Origin: the human T2T-CHM13v2.0 reference genome, Homo sapiens
DNA length: 64,000 nt
Assembly (NCBI RefSeq): GCF_009914755.1
Contig: NC_060930.1
Strand: one strand, 5' to 3'
Below are positions 42,135-55,795 of the stretch, one piece after another; position 1 is the first letter of the stretch; each line of letters starts with the position of its first letter. The position numbers and the translations under genes were made by a program. The notes below the pieces were generated by a model. That model saw only the letters and a program-made list of their open reading frames with translations, ran no database searches and had not been told where the DNA came from.

Positions 42135-42885
42135 AGGTTTGCTGTTCACATAATCCATTAAATTCTGCCATCCAGAGGAGGTATTGACTGCTCTTTAAAG
42201 TTGTTTTAGTTATTACTGACCAGTCCCATAGGGTTATACAGAAGTTGTCTGCTATGGTCTCAATTAATCCTTTCATACATGGGCTAGTGGCTTCATTTTC
42301 TCTAATAGTTTTCCTTATCTCCTTATAAGTGTTGAAAATGATGGCTTTATATACCTGATTGCCTTGTTGATCTTGCATCACAGGTAGGCCAAGAGCTCCC
42401 CTTCTAATGATGCTTGGCTAAGACAGGGTTCCATAACTGTAGTATATTCCTTGTCTTCTTCCCAGTTTATTGGAGGAGGGGGTTCAGAAAAAACCTCTGT
42501 GTTCTCTTTTGTATCTTTACCTGGTAATGGTGGGGCTGAGGGAGGAGGAGGAGGTGGTAAGTTAGGTGATGATTCCTCCTCCCTTCCCTTTTTAGGCTCT
42601 TTTGTGTAGAACAGGGCCAAAGCAGGCCTGACTAAGGCCCATAATGTTAAAGATGTTACTGAGACCTGTTGTCCTTGCACATCATGTTGTTTAAGATTTT
42701 TCTCCCCACTTGTTCCCAGAGCTCTAGGTCTAGAATGCCTTTTTCCAGAACCATGGGTTATGGGGAACAACAGTTTGTATTAGGTCCCTTAATTGAGCCT
42801 GAGAAACTGAGGCTCCACTAGCTTTAAGAAGCTGTTTGAACACTTTTATATACTGTTTCTGTTGAGCTGATAACTGTTGTCCCAT
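42135..42885 (-). pseudogene. gag: HML-5 gag 5' half (MA to start of CA); remainder, dUTPase and protease deleted
   Basis: MGQQLSAQQKQYIKV start, PPSAPP late domain, YKEIRKTIRENE..DWSVITKTTL. Confidence 0.8.
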
Positions 42886-43008
42886 GTTGAAACCCTAGCT
42901 TGAAAATTCCCTCAAACTTGGAAATCCCGAGTGGGCACCAGTGACTTATGGACTGCGCAGTCTCTTCTCCTTCATTTTTGAGGATTCTGTCATGATTTAT
43001 TGCAGTGT

Positions 43009-43026
43009 TCCTCACACAGGGCACCA
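43009..43026 (-). other. Primer binding site, tRNA-Met type
   Basis: Minus strand TGGTGCCCTGTGTGAGGA just after the 5' LTR. Confidence 0.75.
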
Positions 43027-44339
43027 GCTGCCGGGTCCATCCCACAGACCCTGGCTGAGCGATGGATGAAAGGAGTACTCAGACACAAGCATCCAGTGAA
43101 AGAGTGGGCTAGGGGACTGCCAGCACTAGGGGCCAAAGAGAGTTAGCAGTCCCAATGAGCTGGGGCCACTTTTATTTATTCAGTACTGGTATAATGTCAA
43201 AGACCTGGAGCCAACACAATCTGTGGGTAATTAACATTGTCATCCCCCCCTTGCAGGTAGCAGTCTTATGCACGGATGACCAAAGGTTGGTCTCTGGATG
43301 ACATCAGTAAATAAACTTATCTAGATAGATTTTTTACACTCCCTTGTTACCTAGTCCTCGTCCTTAGCCTCAGGGTAACAGAATTATCTGCCTTCAGCTT
43401 TATTCTCTCCTGAAGTGTTTGCAAGACCTTCCCACCTTTCAAGAAGGCTTACGTCTTTTCTTACAGCTTCTCCACCACCCTGACCAATCCCCTACACTCT
43501 ACATAATTTCTCACCACAGAAAGTATGCACAGAATGTGTGAAGGCCACATAGCTAGACGTGTACCTGAGGAATGCACTAAAAACATTCATATTTGTCTTA
43601 CTTTTTGTTTTCTTTTTCAAGTGCCAGTTACAAAACCATTTTCTGTCAATCATCTGAGCTCTAATCTCTGAGAACTTAACTCCTTGATAATAAAAAATTA
43701 CTATATCCTAAGACACAATCTTATAACATTTCAATTTCTTTGCTAAAATCCTCAGGTGCCACAGTCACAGATATGGTTTGAATTAGTCTGAAGCTCTTCA
43801 GGAGATTGTAATCTGCAGCCAAGTTGCAAACTAAGGTGCTAACACCTTAATTTCCAACTAATTCCTTCCTTAACAGATATTTATGCACACCAGAAAAATG
43901 TGACTCGGGATTGTATCTAATGAGTCCTTACTCTGGAACATAGATTTGCTCGTAGGAGAAAAGGGGGACTAAAAGTAGAGTTGGAAAGTGCTAAAGATGT
44001 ATTTCTACTCCAAAATTTTACCAAGGGCCCCTGACTGTATTTCTTGGCTTGATGACAGCTAGATGTGTCAAGTCAACATTAACAAATTACAGCTTTTCTG
44101 AGGAATTTGAGATTTTATGTTAATTACCCAAATAAGATCATATGTAATTAATTTTAAAATACAAAGAAATGATTTATTTGACTCTTAGAGTGGATACATG
44201 TTGATGGTACTTTGGGTTATCCTTCCATTGGAGAAGTGCTAGTCACCTACTCAATGATGTCCTGGTGGGATTCTCAATCCCTGTATCCTGTCTATCCAGT
44301 ATAGGGGTGGGCACATGACCCAGGCTGGACATGTGTGAC

Positions 44340-44670
44340 TATTTTTGTAGGATAAAGAAGTGGAATTACTGGGTTCTAAGATATTCATATTTTCCATTTG
44401 GGATACGCCTAATGACCTCCAAAATGGGTGCATTGACTTGTGCTTTCCTGAGAAGTGGATAAAACTATCTGTTCTCTTCAACAACATGAAACATTGAACT
44501 TAAAAACTTTTTATCTCTGTAAACATTTATCCTAAAAAGCATGTGAAGTGGTATTTTGTGGTTGTTATATTTTGCCTATTTTGACTACTAATGAGATAAG
44601 CATATTTTGCATGTTTGTTGAACATTTTATATACTTTTCTGTGAAATATCTATTACCATACTTCGATTAT
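44340..44670 (-). mobile_element. Old L1 (L1ME/L1MC-like) 3' fragment
   Basis: AGTGGAATTACTGGGT..GACTACTAATGAGATAAGCATATTTTGCATGTTTGTTG. Confidence 0.5.
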
Positions 44671-47600
44671 CTAAATTATAGTTCAGGATTTAAATTAGTT
44701 TTTATGGTGGACAATTTGATTTTGTTTTTATCTATTAAAATTTTTATTCTTATTTTGTGGGCACATAATAGATACATATATTTATATAGGAAACGAGATG
44801 TTTTGATAGACATACAATGCATAATAATCACATCAGGCTAAATGGGGTATCCATTATGTCAAGTCTGTATCCTTTTTCTGTGTTACAATCCAATTTTACT
44901 CTTTTTGTTATTTTTAAATGTATAATAAATTATTGTTGACCATAGTCACCCTATTGTGCTCTCAAATACTAGGTGTTATTCATTCCATCCAACTATATTT
45001 TGTACTCATTGCATCCCCACTCCCACATCACAATACCCTTCTCAGCCTCTGGTAACCATCATTTTACTCTCTATCTCCATGAGATCCATTATTTTAATTG
45101 TCTTTGTTGCCACAAATAAGTGAAAACATTTAAAGTTTATCTTTCTGTGCCTGGCTTATAGTCCCATCCACGTTGCTGCAAATGACGAGATCTCATTCTT
45201 TTTCATGGCTGAAGAGTACTCTGTTGTCTATATGTACCACATTTTCTTTATTCATTCATCTGTTGATGGACACTTAGGTTGCTTTCAAATCTTGGCTACT
45301 GTGAATAGTGCTGCAATAAACATGAGGGTGCAGATATCTCTTCAATATACTGATTTACTTTATTTGGGGTATATACCCAGCAGTGGAATTGCTGAATCAT
45401 ATGGCAGTTCTACTTTTAGTTTTCCGAAAAATGTCCAAACTGTGCTTCTCCATAGTGCTTCTACTAATTTACATTCCCACCAGTTATGTATGAAAATTCC
45501 CTTTTCTCCACATCCTCACCAGCATTCATTATTGCATGTCTTTTGGATAAATGCCATTTTAACTAGGATGAGATGATATCTCATTGTACTTTTTATTTGC
45601 ATTTATTTGATAATGAATGATGTTGAGCATCTTTTCATATACCTGTTTGTCATTTGTATGTCTTCTTTTGAGAAATGTCTATTCAGATCTTTTACCCACT
45701 CATTATCAGATTATTGGATTTTTGTCTTATAGACTTGATTGAACAGCTCATATATTCTGGTTATTAATCCTTTGTCAGATGGATAGTTTGCAAATATTTT
45801 CTCCCATTCTGTGGGTTGTGTCTTCACTATGTTAACTGTTACCTTTGGGCAGAAGCTTTTTAACTTGATATGCTCTCACTTGTCTATTTATGCCTTGATT
45901 GCCCAAGCTTCAGGACTCTCTGATGTCCTAGAGAGTTTCTCCAAAGTTTTCTTTTAGTAGTTTTATAGTTTTGTGTCTTAGATTTAAGTCTTTAATCCAT
46001 TTTAACTTGATTTTTGTATACACTGAGAGATAGCAGTCTAGTTTTATTCTTCTACATATTAATATCAAGTTTTCCTAGCACTATTTATTGAAGAAACTGT
46101 CCTTTTCCCAATGTGTGTTTGGCACCTTTGTTGGAAATGAGTTGACTATGGATGTATGGATTTGTGCCTGTGTTTTGGTTATTCTACCTCTGTAGTATAA
46201 TTTGAAGTCAGATAATGTGATATCTTCACTCTTGTTGTTCTGGCTCTCTTGTAATTCCACATATATTTTAGGATTTTTTCCTATTTCTGTGAAGAATGTC
46301 CTTGGCATTTTGATAGGGATTGTACTGGACTTATAGATTGCATTGGGTAGTATAGACATTTTAACAATATTGATTCTTCCAATCCATGAACAGGGAATAT
46401 CTTTCCTTTTTTGTGTTCTCTTCAATTTTTTACATCAATGTTTTTTAGTTTTCATTGTAGAGATCTTTCACTTCTTTGGTTAATTTTATCCATAGGTATT
46501 TTATTTTATTTTATTTGCACCTATTGTAAATGGGATTACTTTTTTATTTCTTTTTCAGATTGTTCACTGTTGGCAATAGAAATGCTACTAAATTTTGTAT
46601 ATTATTTTGTATCCTACAACTTTACTGCATTTGTTTATCCATTCAATAGTTTTTTGGTGGAGTCTTTAGATTTTTCCAAATATAAGATTATATCATCTGG
46701 AAGCGTGGATAATTTGACTTTTCCTTTTTGATTTGGCTTGGATATTTCTTTTTCTTGTCTGAGTGCTCCACCTAGAACTTCAAGTACTGTGTCAGATAAC
46801 AGTAGTGAAAATGGGCATCCTTGTCTTGTTCCAGATCTCAAAAGAAAGGCTCTCACTTTTTCCCCATTTGGTATACTACCTTTGGGTCTGTCATATACGG
46901 CTTTTATCATATTGAGGTATATTTATTCTATACCCAGTTTTTTTAGGATTTTTATCATAAAGGGATGTTGAATTTTGTCAAACACTTTTATGGCATCAGT
47001 GGAAATGATCATATGGTTTTGTCCTTTATTCTGTTGATAGGATGTATCACATTGATTGATTTGCATATGTTGAACCATTTTTACATCTCTGGGATAAATC
47101 CCTCTTGGTCACGTTGAATTATCTTTTAATGTGTTGTTGAATTCAGTTTGCTAATATTTTCCTGAGGACTTTTGCATCAATGTTCATCAGAGGTATTGGC
47201 CTGTGGTTTTCTTTTGTTTGATGTATCTTTATCTGCTTGGTTTTAGTATCAGGGTAATAATGGCCTTGTATGATAGAATGAGTTTGGAAGTATTCCCTCC
47301 TCTATTTTTCAGCATAGTTTGAGTAGGATTGATATTCGTTCTTCTTTAAGTGATAGGTAAATGTAACAGTGAAGCAAAATTGGGTGCTGGGCTTTTCTTT
47401 GCTGAGAGACATTTTGTTACAGTTTTGATCTGATTACCTGTTCAGGTCTGTTATTTGTTATTATTGGTCTGTTCAGATTTTGGATTTCTTTGTGGTTAAC
47501 TCTTGGTAGATTGTATGTGTCTAGAGTTTTATTTGTTTCTTCTCAATTATCAAATTTATTGATATATAGGTTATCATAATAGCTTCTAATGATTCTTTGA

Positions 47601-47731
47601 ATTTCTGTGACATTACTTGTAATGTCTCTTTTTTCATCTCTGGTTGTTTTATTTGTTTCTTCTCTCCTTTTCTTAGCCTGGCTAAAGGTTTGTGGATTTG
47701 TTTATACTTTTTTTTAAAAAAACTTCGCATT

Positions 47732-48098
<367 letters not shown>

Positions 48099-50959
48099 TT
48101 AATTATTTTTTTCTTCTAACTTCGGGTTTGATTTGTTCTTGCTTTTCTAGTTTTTTAAGAGGCATCATTAGGTTGTTTATTTGAAGTTTTTCTATTTGTT
48201 TGATGTAAGTACTTATTCCTATAACAATACCTTTTGTTACTGCTTTTGCTGCATCTCATAGGTTTTGGAAAGTTGTGTTTCCATTTTCATTTGTTTGAAA
48301 AAAATTTAATTCCTTTTTAATTTCTTTATTGATCCATGGTCATTCAGAAGCATATTGTTTATTTCCATGTGTTTGTATAGTTTCCAAAATTCCTCTTTTT
48401 ATTGATTTCTAGTTTTTATCCTTTGTGGTCAGAGAAGATACTTGATATAATTTTTATTTTTTTAAATGTTTTAAGACTTGTTTTGTGGCCTTGACATGAC
48501 ACATGTTATACCCTTATGAATAATCCATGTGCTGAGAAAAAGGATATGTATTCTCCAGCCATTGATTGAAATGTTCTGTAAATATCTGTTAGGTCCATTT
48601 AGCCTATAGTGCATATTAAGTTCATTGTTTCTTTATTGAATTTCTGTCTGGATGATATGTACAACACTGAAAGTAGAGTGTTGAAGTCTCCAGTTAATAC
48701 TGAATTGGAGTCTCTCTCTCTCTCTCTCTTTTGGTATAATAATATTTGCTTTATATATTTGGGTGCTCTAGTGTTGGGTGCACAGATATTTATAATAGTC
48801 ATATCTTCTTGCTGAATTGATTCCTTTATCATTATATAATGACCTTCTTTGTGTCTTTTTAATAGCTCTTGTCTTAAAATCTATTTTGTTTGATATAAGC
48901 ATAGCTCCTCCTGCTTTTTTTTTTCTTTCTATTTGCATGGAATATCTTTTTCCATCCCTTTATTTTCAGTCTATATGTGTCTTGACAGGTAAAGGGTTTC
49001 TTGTCTGCAACAGATCATTGGGTCATGTTTTTTCTTCATTCAACCACTGTATGTCTTTTGATTCAAGGGTTTAGTTCATTTACACTCAACGTTATTATTG
49101 ATGAGTCAGGACTTACTCCTGCAATTTTTAATTTGTTTCTTGGTTGTTTTACGTATTTTCTTCTTTCTTTCATGTCTTCCTTTTAGTGGAGGTAATTTTC
49201 TCAGGTAATATCTTTTAATTTCTTGCTTTTTTGTGTATCCGTGCTATACTTTTTGATTTGTGGTAACCATGATGCTTGCAAATAGTATCTTATAACCCAT
49301 TATTTTAAACTGATGCCAACTTAACACCAATTGCATAAGCAACCAAACAAACATGCAAAGAGAAAATTAATAAAAACTTTACACTTTAACTTCATCCTCT
49401 GCTTTTTAACTTTTTGTTGTATCTACTTATATCTTAGTATACTCTCTATGTCTTGAAAAATTGCAGTTATTATTTTTGATAGGTTCACCTTTTAGGCTTT
49501 CTACTCAAGATATGAGAAGTTTACACACTACAATTACAGTGTTACATTATTCTCTGTTTTTCTCCATACATACTATTACCAGTGAGTTTTGTATATTCAG
49601 ATAATTACTTATTGCTTATTAACATTCTTTTCTTTCATATTGAAGAACTCTCTTTACCATCTCTTGTAGGACAAGTCTGGTGTTGGTTAAATCCCTCAGC
49701 TTTTGTTTTTCTGGGAAAGTCTTGGTTTCTCCTTCAACTTTGAAGTTTTTCTTTTTATGGAATATACTATTCTAAGATTAAAAAAAAATTTTCCTTCAGC
49801 ACTTTAAATATGTCATGCCATTCTCTGCTGGCCTGTAAAATTTCCATGAAGAAGTCTACTCTCAGTTGTATTGTATGTTATTTGTTTCTTTTTTTCTTGC
49901 TGCTTTTGGAATCCTTTTTTATCCTTGACCTTTGGGAGTTTGGTTATAAAATGTCTTGAGGTAGTCTTCTTTGAGTTAAATCTACTTTGTGTTATGTAAC
50001 CTTCTTGTACTTGAATATTGACATCTTTCTCCAGGTTTAGGACATTCTCTGTTATTATCTCTTTTAGTAAACTTTATACTCCATTTTCTATCTCTCTACT
50101 TTCTCTCTAAGGCCAATAACAGATTTGTCTTTTTGAGGCTATTTTCTAGGTGTGCATCATTCTTTTCTTTTTTCATTATTTTGTCATCCTGACTCTATAT
50201 TTTTAAACAGCCTGCTTGAAGCTAACTAATTCATTCTTCTGCTTGATTAATTCTGCTATTAAGAGACTCTGACGCATTCTTCAGTATTTTAATTGCACTT
50301 TTCAGACCCAGAATTCCTACTTGATTCTTTTTGATTATTTCTATCTCTTTGTTAAATTAATCTCATAGGATTCTGAATTCTTTATCTATGTTATCTTGGA
50401 TTTTCTTGAGCTCCCTCAAACAGCTATTTTGAATTCTCTATCTGAAAGGTCATATATCTCTGTCTCTCTGGGATTAGTCACTAGTGCCTTATTTAATTCA
50501 TTTGATATGGTCATATTTTCCTGGATGATATTGATGTTTGTGGATGTTCATCCTTGCCTGAGTATCTGAGGGTTAGATATTTATTTAATCTTCACAGACT
50601 TGCCTTTTTGTTCCTGTCCTTCTTGGAAAGGTTTTCCAATTATTCAAAGGATCTTTAGTGTGGTGATGTAAGTCTTTTGTCACTGCAGCCATATCTGCCT
50701 TAGGGGGCACACTAAGCCTAGAAACACTGTGACATTTGCAGTGGTACTGCAAATATAGAGGTACTATCTTAGTGGTCTTAGGCAAGTTCCAGAAGAATTC
50801 CCTGGATTACCACACAGATACTCTTGTTCTTTTCCTTTACTTTCTCCCAAACAAATACAGACTGTCTGTGCTGAACTGCCCAGAGCTGAGAAAAGGGTGA
50901 CACAAACACCCCTGTAGTCACCACCACTGAGACTGCACTGGGTCAGACCCAAAGCCAGG

Positions 50960-51860
50960 ATAGCACTGGGTTTCACCCAAGACCTGCAGTGACCACTGCC
51001 TGACTACTGCCTATGTTCACTCATGAAGACCCAATGGGTCTACAGTCAACAAGTGGCAAATCCAGCCATGCTTTTATTCTTTCCTTCAGCTATTGGGTTC
51101 CTGCTGGCCCAGGCAGGTTCAGAAATACCATCTGGAAGCTAGGGCCTAGAGTCAGGAAACTTAGGGATCTACCTGGTGCTCTATTCTACTGTGGCTGAGC
51201 TGGCACTCATTCTGGAAGACAAAGTCTTTCCCACCTACCCTCCCCTTTCCTCAAACAAAGGAGTCTTTCTAGATTTCCACCATCACCTCAGGCCTGTGGC
51301 AAGTGCTTCCTGGCTACCACCAATGTTCATGCAAGGCCCAATGACTCCTCAGTCAACTCACGGTGAATGCTGCCAGTCCTGAGTCTCTCCCCTCAGGACA
51401 ATGGGCCCCCTCTGGCCCAGGGCAAGTCCAGAAATGCTGTCCATGGCCTGGAATTGGGAACCCCTGGAGCCTGCTTGGTGACCAACCTGTGACTAAGCTG
51501 GTACCCAAGCTGCAAGACAAAGTTCCTTTAATTTTTCCTCTCCTCTCCTCAAACAGATAGGGTATCTCTCCATAGCTACCATATCTAGGAATATGCTGGG
51601 TTACTCCTAAGGGCAGCATGGTTCTGAGTCTCACCCAAGGTTGCAGGAAGTACTGCCTGGCTATCAGTGCTGATTATTCAGGGCCCAAGGGCTCTTAAGT
51701 TAGTAGGTGATGAATCCAGGGTTGGGCCCTTCTCTTTAAGACAGCAGGTTTCCTTCTTGCCCAGGATGTGTCTAGAAATGTCATCTGGAAGACAGGGCTT
51801 GAAATGGGGGCCTCAGGACTTGCCTGGTGCCCTATTCTACTGTGGCTGAGCTAGTATCCA
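50960..51860. repeat. About three diverged ~300-bp tandem units in the L1M 5'UTR
   Basis: CCTGGTGC(T/C)CTATTCTACTGTGGCTGAGCT at about 51172 and 51822; AAGACAAAGT at about 51216 and 51514; CAGAAAT/TAGAAATG recurs. Confidence 0.65.
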
Positions 51861-52470
51861 ATTTAGTATCCAATAAACTCCAGAGCACTTTAACCCACTG
51901 TGGCAATACTTACCAGAACCTTGGTTCTGACCAACAATTTCCTTCTGGCTAGGACAGGTCTAAATGCTCCCTTCATGGGCACTGGTTGAGTTCTGCCCTG
52001 TGTTGCTTTCCCTTGACAAGGCAACACTGAGTCCCAATGCAAAGTCCCACAATTACTGTTCTCCCCCTCCCAAAGCACACAGATTATTTCTCCACTCCAC
52101 AGCATAGGGCTGCTGCCTGGGGATTGGGGGGGTGCTACAGGTGATTCAAGGCTGTCTTTCCTACCACCTTCAGTGCCTCTTTCCGTAACGTGATGTTGAA
52201 ACCAGGTACTGTGATCACTCACCTGATTTCTGGTTCTTATGAAGGTGCTTTTTTTACTGTGGATAATTGTTCAATTTGGTCTTCCTATGATGGGGACAGT
52301 CACTGGAGGGTTTATTCAGCTGTCTTGCTCTACCTCCCTCTGGCAATTTGGTTTTGAAGTCTTGCTTATTTCATCAGGTAACAATAAATTGCAAAAATGT
52401 ATTCCAAGAAACTATACATATTATTAGACATTGTGTCAAGAACCTTTATCACAGCACTGCTTATAGTTGC

Positions 52471-53579
52471 TGTATTAGGGTGCTTCAGAGAAACAGAATT
52501 GGTAGTATATATAGAGATATAGAAGAAGGGATTTATTATAAAAATTAGCTTACACAATTTTGAACACCAAGAAGTACCATGATAGGCCATTTGCAAGCTG
52601 GAGAACCACAAATCTTGTAGTGCAGTTCAGTCTGAGTCCAAAGGCTGGGGAACCAGAAGTGCCAACATCCAAGGGCAGGAAAAGATAGGTGTTCCTGCAG
52701 AGGGGAGAGAGAGAGAGAGAAATATAATTCACTCCTCATCTGCCTTTTTGTTCTATTTTGTCCCTCAATGGTTTGAAGGATGCCTGACCACATTGGGGAA
52801 AATGGTCTTCTTTTCTTAGTCTCCCTATTCAAATGGTAATTACTTCTGGAAACACCCTTGTGGCAGGCCAGTTCTCACTAACACAAGCCTGAATAACAAC
52901 TGTTTTACTACTGACTGGTTAAGTTAAATATTAAAAGCCAGTGCCTTTCTACAAAGGCTAGGATGTCACAAAAACCCACCAAGAGTTTTGCCTAGGCCTT
53001 TCCTGGGCCTTAAAGCATGATAAAATAATGAAGGAATTATTAACAGGACTTTTATTGTGGGTCTGAAGAAACTTCCCAGGCCTCCACAAACAAGTTTATT
53101 GGGGGTCCGAAGGAAATCCCCAAACCTCCGTGATTTGGCAGGAGGCAAGATAAGGGTAATCACCCCAGATCTAATCTGGACCCATTTAGATTAAGTAAAT
53201 TTACTGAGGCTTCAGAGAAAAGTCTTCAGGTCTAAGACCTTTGTTATAGATTAAAAGAAGTTAATCACTTGTGTCTTTAGATGAATGCATACTTACACAT
53301 AGACATGTAACTTAGAAGGTATATAAGCTCTGAAAAACTGTGTAATTTTGAGTTGGTCTGGTAATAATTCCCAGGCCTTCTCCCTATAAGCAGTTGTGGA
53401 AATACAAACTCTTTTACTCCCCAGTTCATCTGCATCTCATTATTGGGCCATGAGAAATAGAAGCCTGACCCTCAGCTTGGTCTGAGAACACCTTCACATA
53501 CAATTCAGAAATAGTATTTTACCTGCTATCTGAGTATCCCTTAACCTAGTCAAGTTAACATATAAGATTAACCATCACA
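52471..53579 (-). mobile_element. MLT2 (ERVL) solo LTR split by another LTR
   Basis: TGTATTAGGG..CAGAGAAACAGAA ..AAGTTAACATATAAGATTAACCATCACA. Confidence 0.8.
52859..53490 (+). mobile_element. ERV solo LTR (ERV1-like, family not assigned)
   Basis: TG..CA termini, TATATAA at about 53320, 4-bp TSD ccct/cctt, interrupts MLT2 cleanly. Confidence 0.75.
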
Positions 53580-53971
53580 ATTACAAAGGAAAAAATGGAA
53601 GCAAAATTAATGTTCAATAAGATGGGATTGGTTATGTAATTTATGATAAACATGAATAATTATGCATTATAAAATATGATAATATGATAGGAGATTATAG
53701 TTACACAATATATATAAGTGATTAAAAATAGAATGTATATCATGATCCCTTCTTTGTAAAAGTAAATTATGTATGTGCTTATGTTTATACATTTTTCAAA
53801 AGCATGGAAGAAAATTTAAAAATCTGAAGCAATGACTTTTTCAAAAGTGTTCTTACAGATGATTTTCTTTTTCTTCTTGTTAATGAACTATATTTTCTAA
53901 ATTTTCTGTTCAAAAAACTATGTAACTCTGTATTAAGACAAAACAAAATTTACTCTAAACTGTTGATCAAG

Positions 53972-54260
53972 GGCTGGGTGTGGTGGCTCACGTCTGTAAT
54001 CCCAACAATTTGGGAGGCAGAGGCATGTGGATCACTTGAGGTCAGGAGTTTGAGACCAGCCTGGCCAACATGGCAAAATCTCATTTCTACTAAAAATACA
54101 AAAATTAACCAGACATGGTGGCATGTTCCTGAAGTCCCAGATACTTGGGATGCTGAGATGCAAGAATCACTTGAACCCAGGAGGCAGAAGTTGCAGTAAG
54201 CCAAGCACTGCACTCCAGCCTGGATAACACAGTGAGATTCCATCTTAAAAAAAAAAAAAA
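53972..54260 (+). mobile_element. AluS SINE
   Basis: Two monomers, A tail, TSD tgttgatcaag. Confidence 0.92.
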
Positions 54261-55090
54261 TACCATGTTGATCAAGCTGAACCTTTTGCTTGAACAAACA
54301 AAATCTCTGTTTTAATTTTTCTTTTCAGTGTTTGTCATTTTAAATGCAATAATCATGGCTTTGTACTGCAATTTGCATTGAAATTTTGCCTAAAGTCCAC
54401 TGGCATTATGATGCTGTAATCTATACATATGGTAATCTAAGAATTAGTAGAAATTATATACTTTAAGAAAATGAATAGTATTAAGTTCTTCTGCAGCTGC
54501 TTCAATTATATCCTAGGGAAGTAAACAATATTGGACTTAACCCTATCCATGAAGCATTTGAAAACACATTACAGTTGATTATGATTATTATTATCACAAA
54601 TTGAATCAAGATGTGCAAACAACATACTTTTTTATTGATGATAATTTTCTCAAGCTCTTGATTCCTGCTGTAGAATCCTTAACTATGTCCTGAAATGGAA
54701 TAATTTATAACCATGCTCTGAAAGGAGAACCTTCCATTGATATGTTCTTGGTAATCTCTTATCATAACTGGGTCATTTCTGGCTGCTTCTCAATGAATGA
54801 ATAATGTCACCAATAGATTTATCTTGTTAACAGAATCTCATTACGTTATTAATGGCCATTTTTAATCAGGTAATAGATAATTATCTGTTTCTTTTTTACG
54901 TGTTGCTTCTCCTATGGGAAATTACTATATAAAATGTAATTAGCTCTATCCAAAGGTCCAATGAGTTGTTCTGTGAGTGCCAGATCAGTTATTTCTTGCC
55001 CTCTGGAAATAGAAATGAAATTCTGAGTCAATACATGTAAACCAATTTCTTTACATGTATTAGAACAACTTCTGGCACATGATATGTTTT

Positions 55091-55266
55091 CTTTTTTTAA
55101 AAATTTTGTTATTATACTTTAAGTTTTAGCGTACATGTGCACAACGTGCAGGTTTGTTACATATGTATACATGTGCCATGTTGGTGTGCTGTACCCATTA
55201 ACTCGTCATTTAGCATTAGGTATATCTCCTAATGCTATCCCTCCCCCCTCCCCCCACTCCACAACC
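55091..55266 (-). mobile_element. Short 5'-truncated L1PA 3' end
   Basis: TTATACTTTAAGTTTTAG..GTACATGTGCACAACGTGCAGG..CCCTCCCCCCTCC; flanks cacatgatatgttt / cacagatatgttt. Confidence 0.88.
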
Positions 55267-55407
55267 AAAGTCACAGATATGTTTGTCTCTTTTGCAGAGG
55301 GTGACAGGCAAACAAGAAATGATTAGCATGAAGCTCATTATTTTCTGTTGTCTGAACCATAGTCAAAAATTTAAGTTTCTAGACAGTGGAAATATAGACA
55401 CAACATT

Positions 55408-55795
55408 TAGTTTGCATCACTTAATGAGGGGGATACATTCTGAGAAATATGTCATTAGGCAATTTCTTCATTATGCAAATATCACAGAGTGTACTTACAC
55501 AAATCTAAATGGTATAGCCTACTACACAACTAGGCTATATGGTATGGCCTATTGCTTCTAGTCCAAAAACCCATACAACATGTTACTGGACTGAATACTA
55601 TAGGCAATTGTAACACAAAGGTAAATATTTGTGTTATCTAGTCATATCTAAATTTAGAAAAGGTAATTCACTGTGTTATGATGTTATGATGACTACCATG
55701 TCACTAGGTAACAGGAAGTTTTCAACTCCATTATAATCTTATGGGACGACTGTCATATATGTGGTCTGTCACTGACAGAAATGTTATGTGGTAAA
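55408..55795. mobile_element. Tigger3/MER7-like TcMar-Tigger DNA transposon derivative
   Basis: GGGATACATTCTGAGAAAT..GAGTGTACTTACACAAA..GCCTACTACAC..TTATAATCTTATGGGAC. Confidence 0.75.

Noticed and set aside
50960-51860. Spaced repeats suggesting a CRISPR-like array
   Set aside because: Diverged ~300-bp L1 5'UTR units in primate DNA; no constant repeat-spacer pattern and no cas genes.
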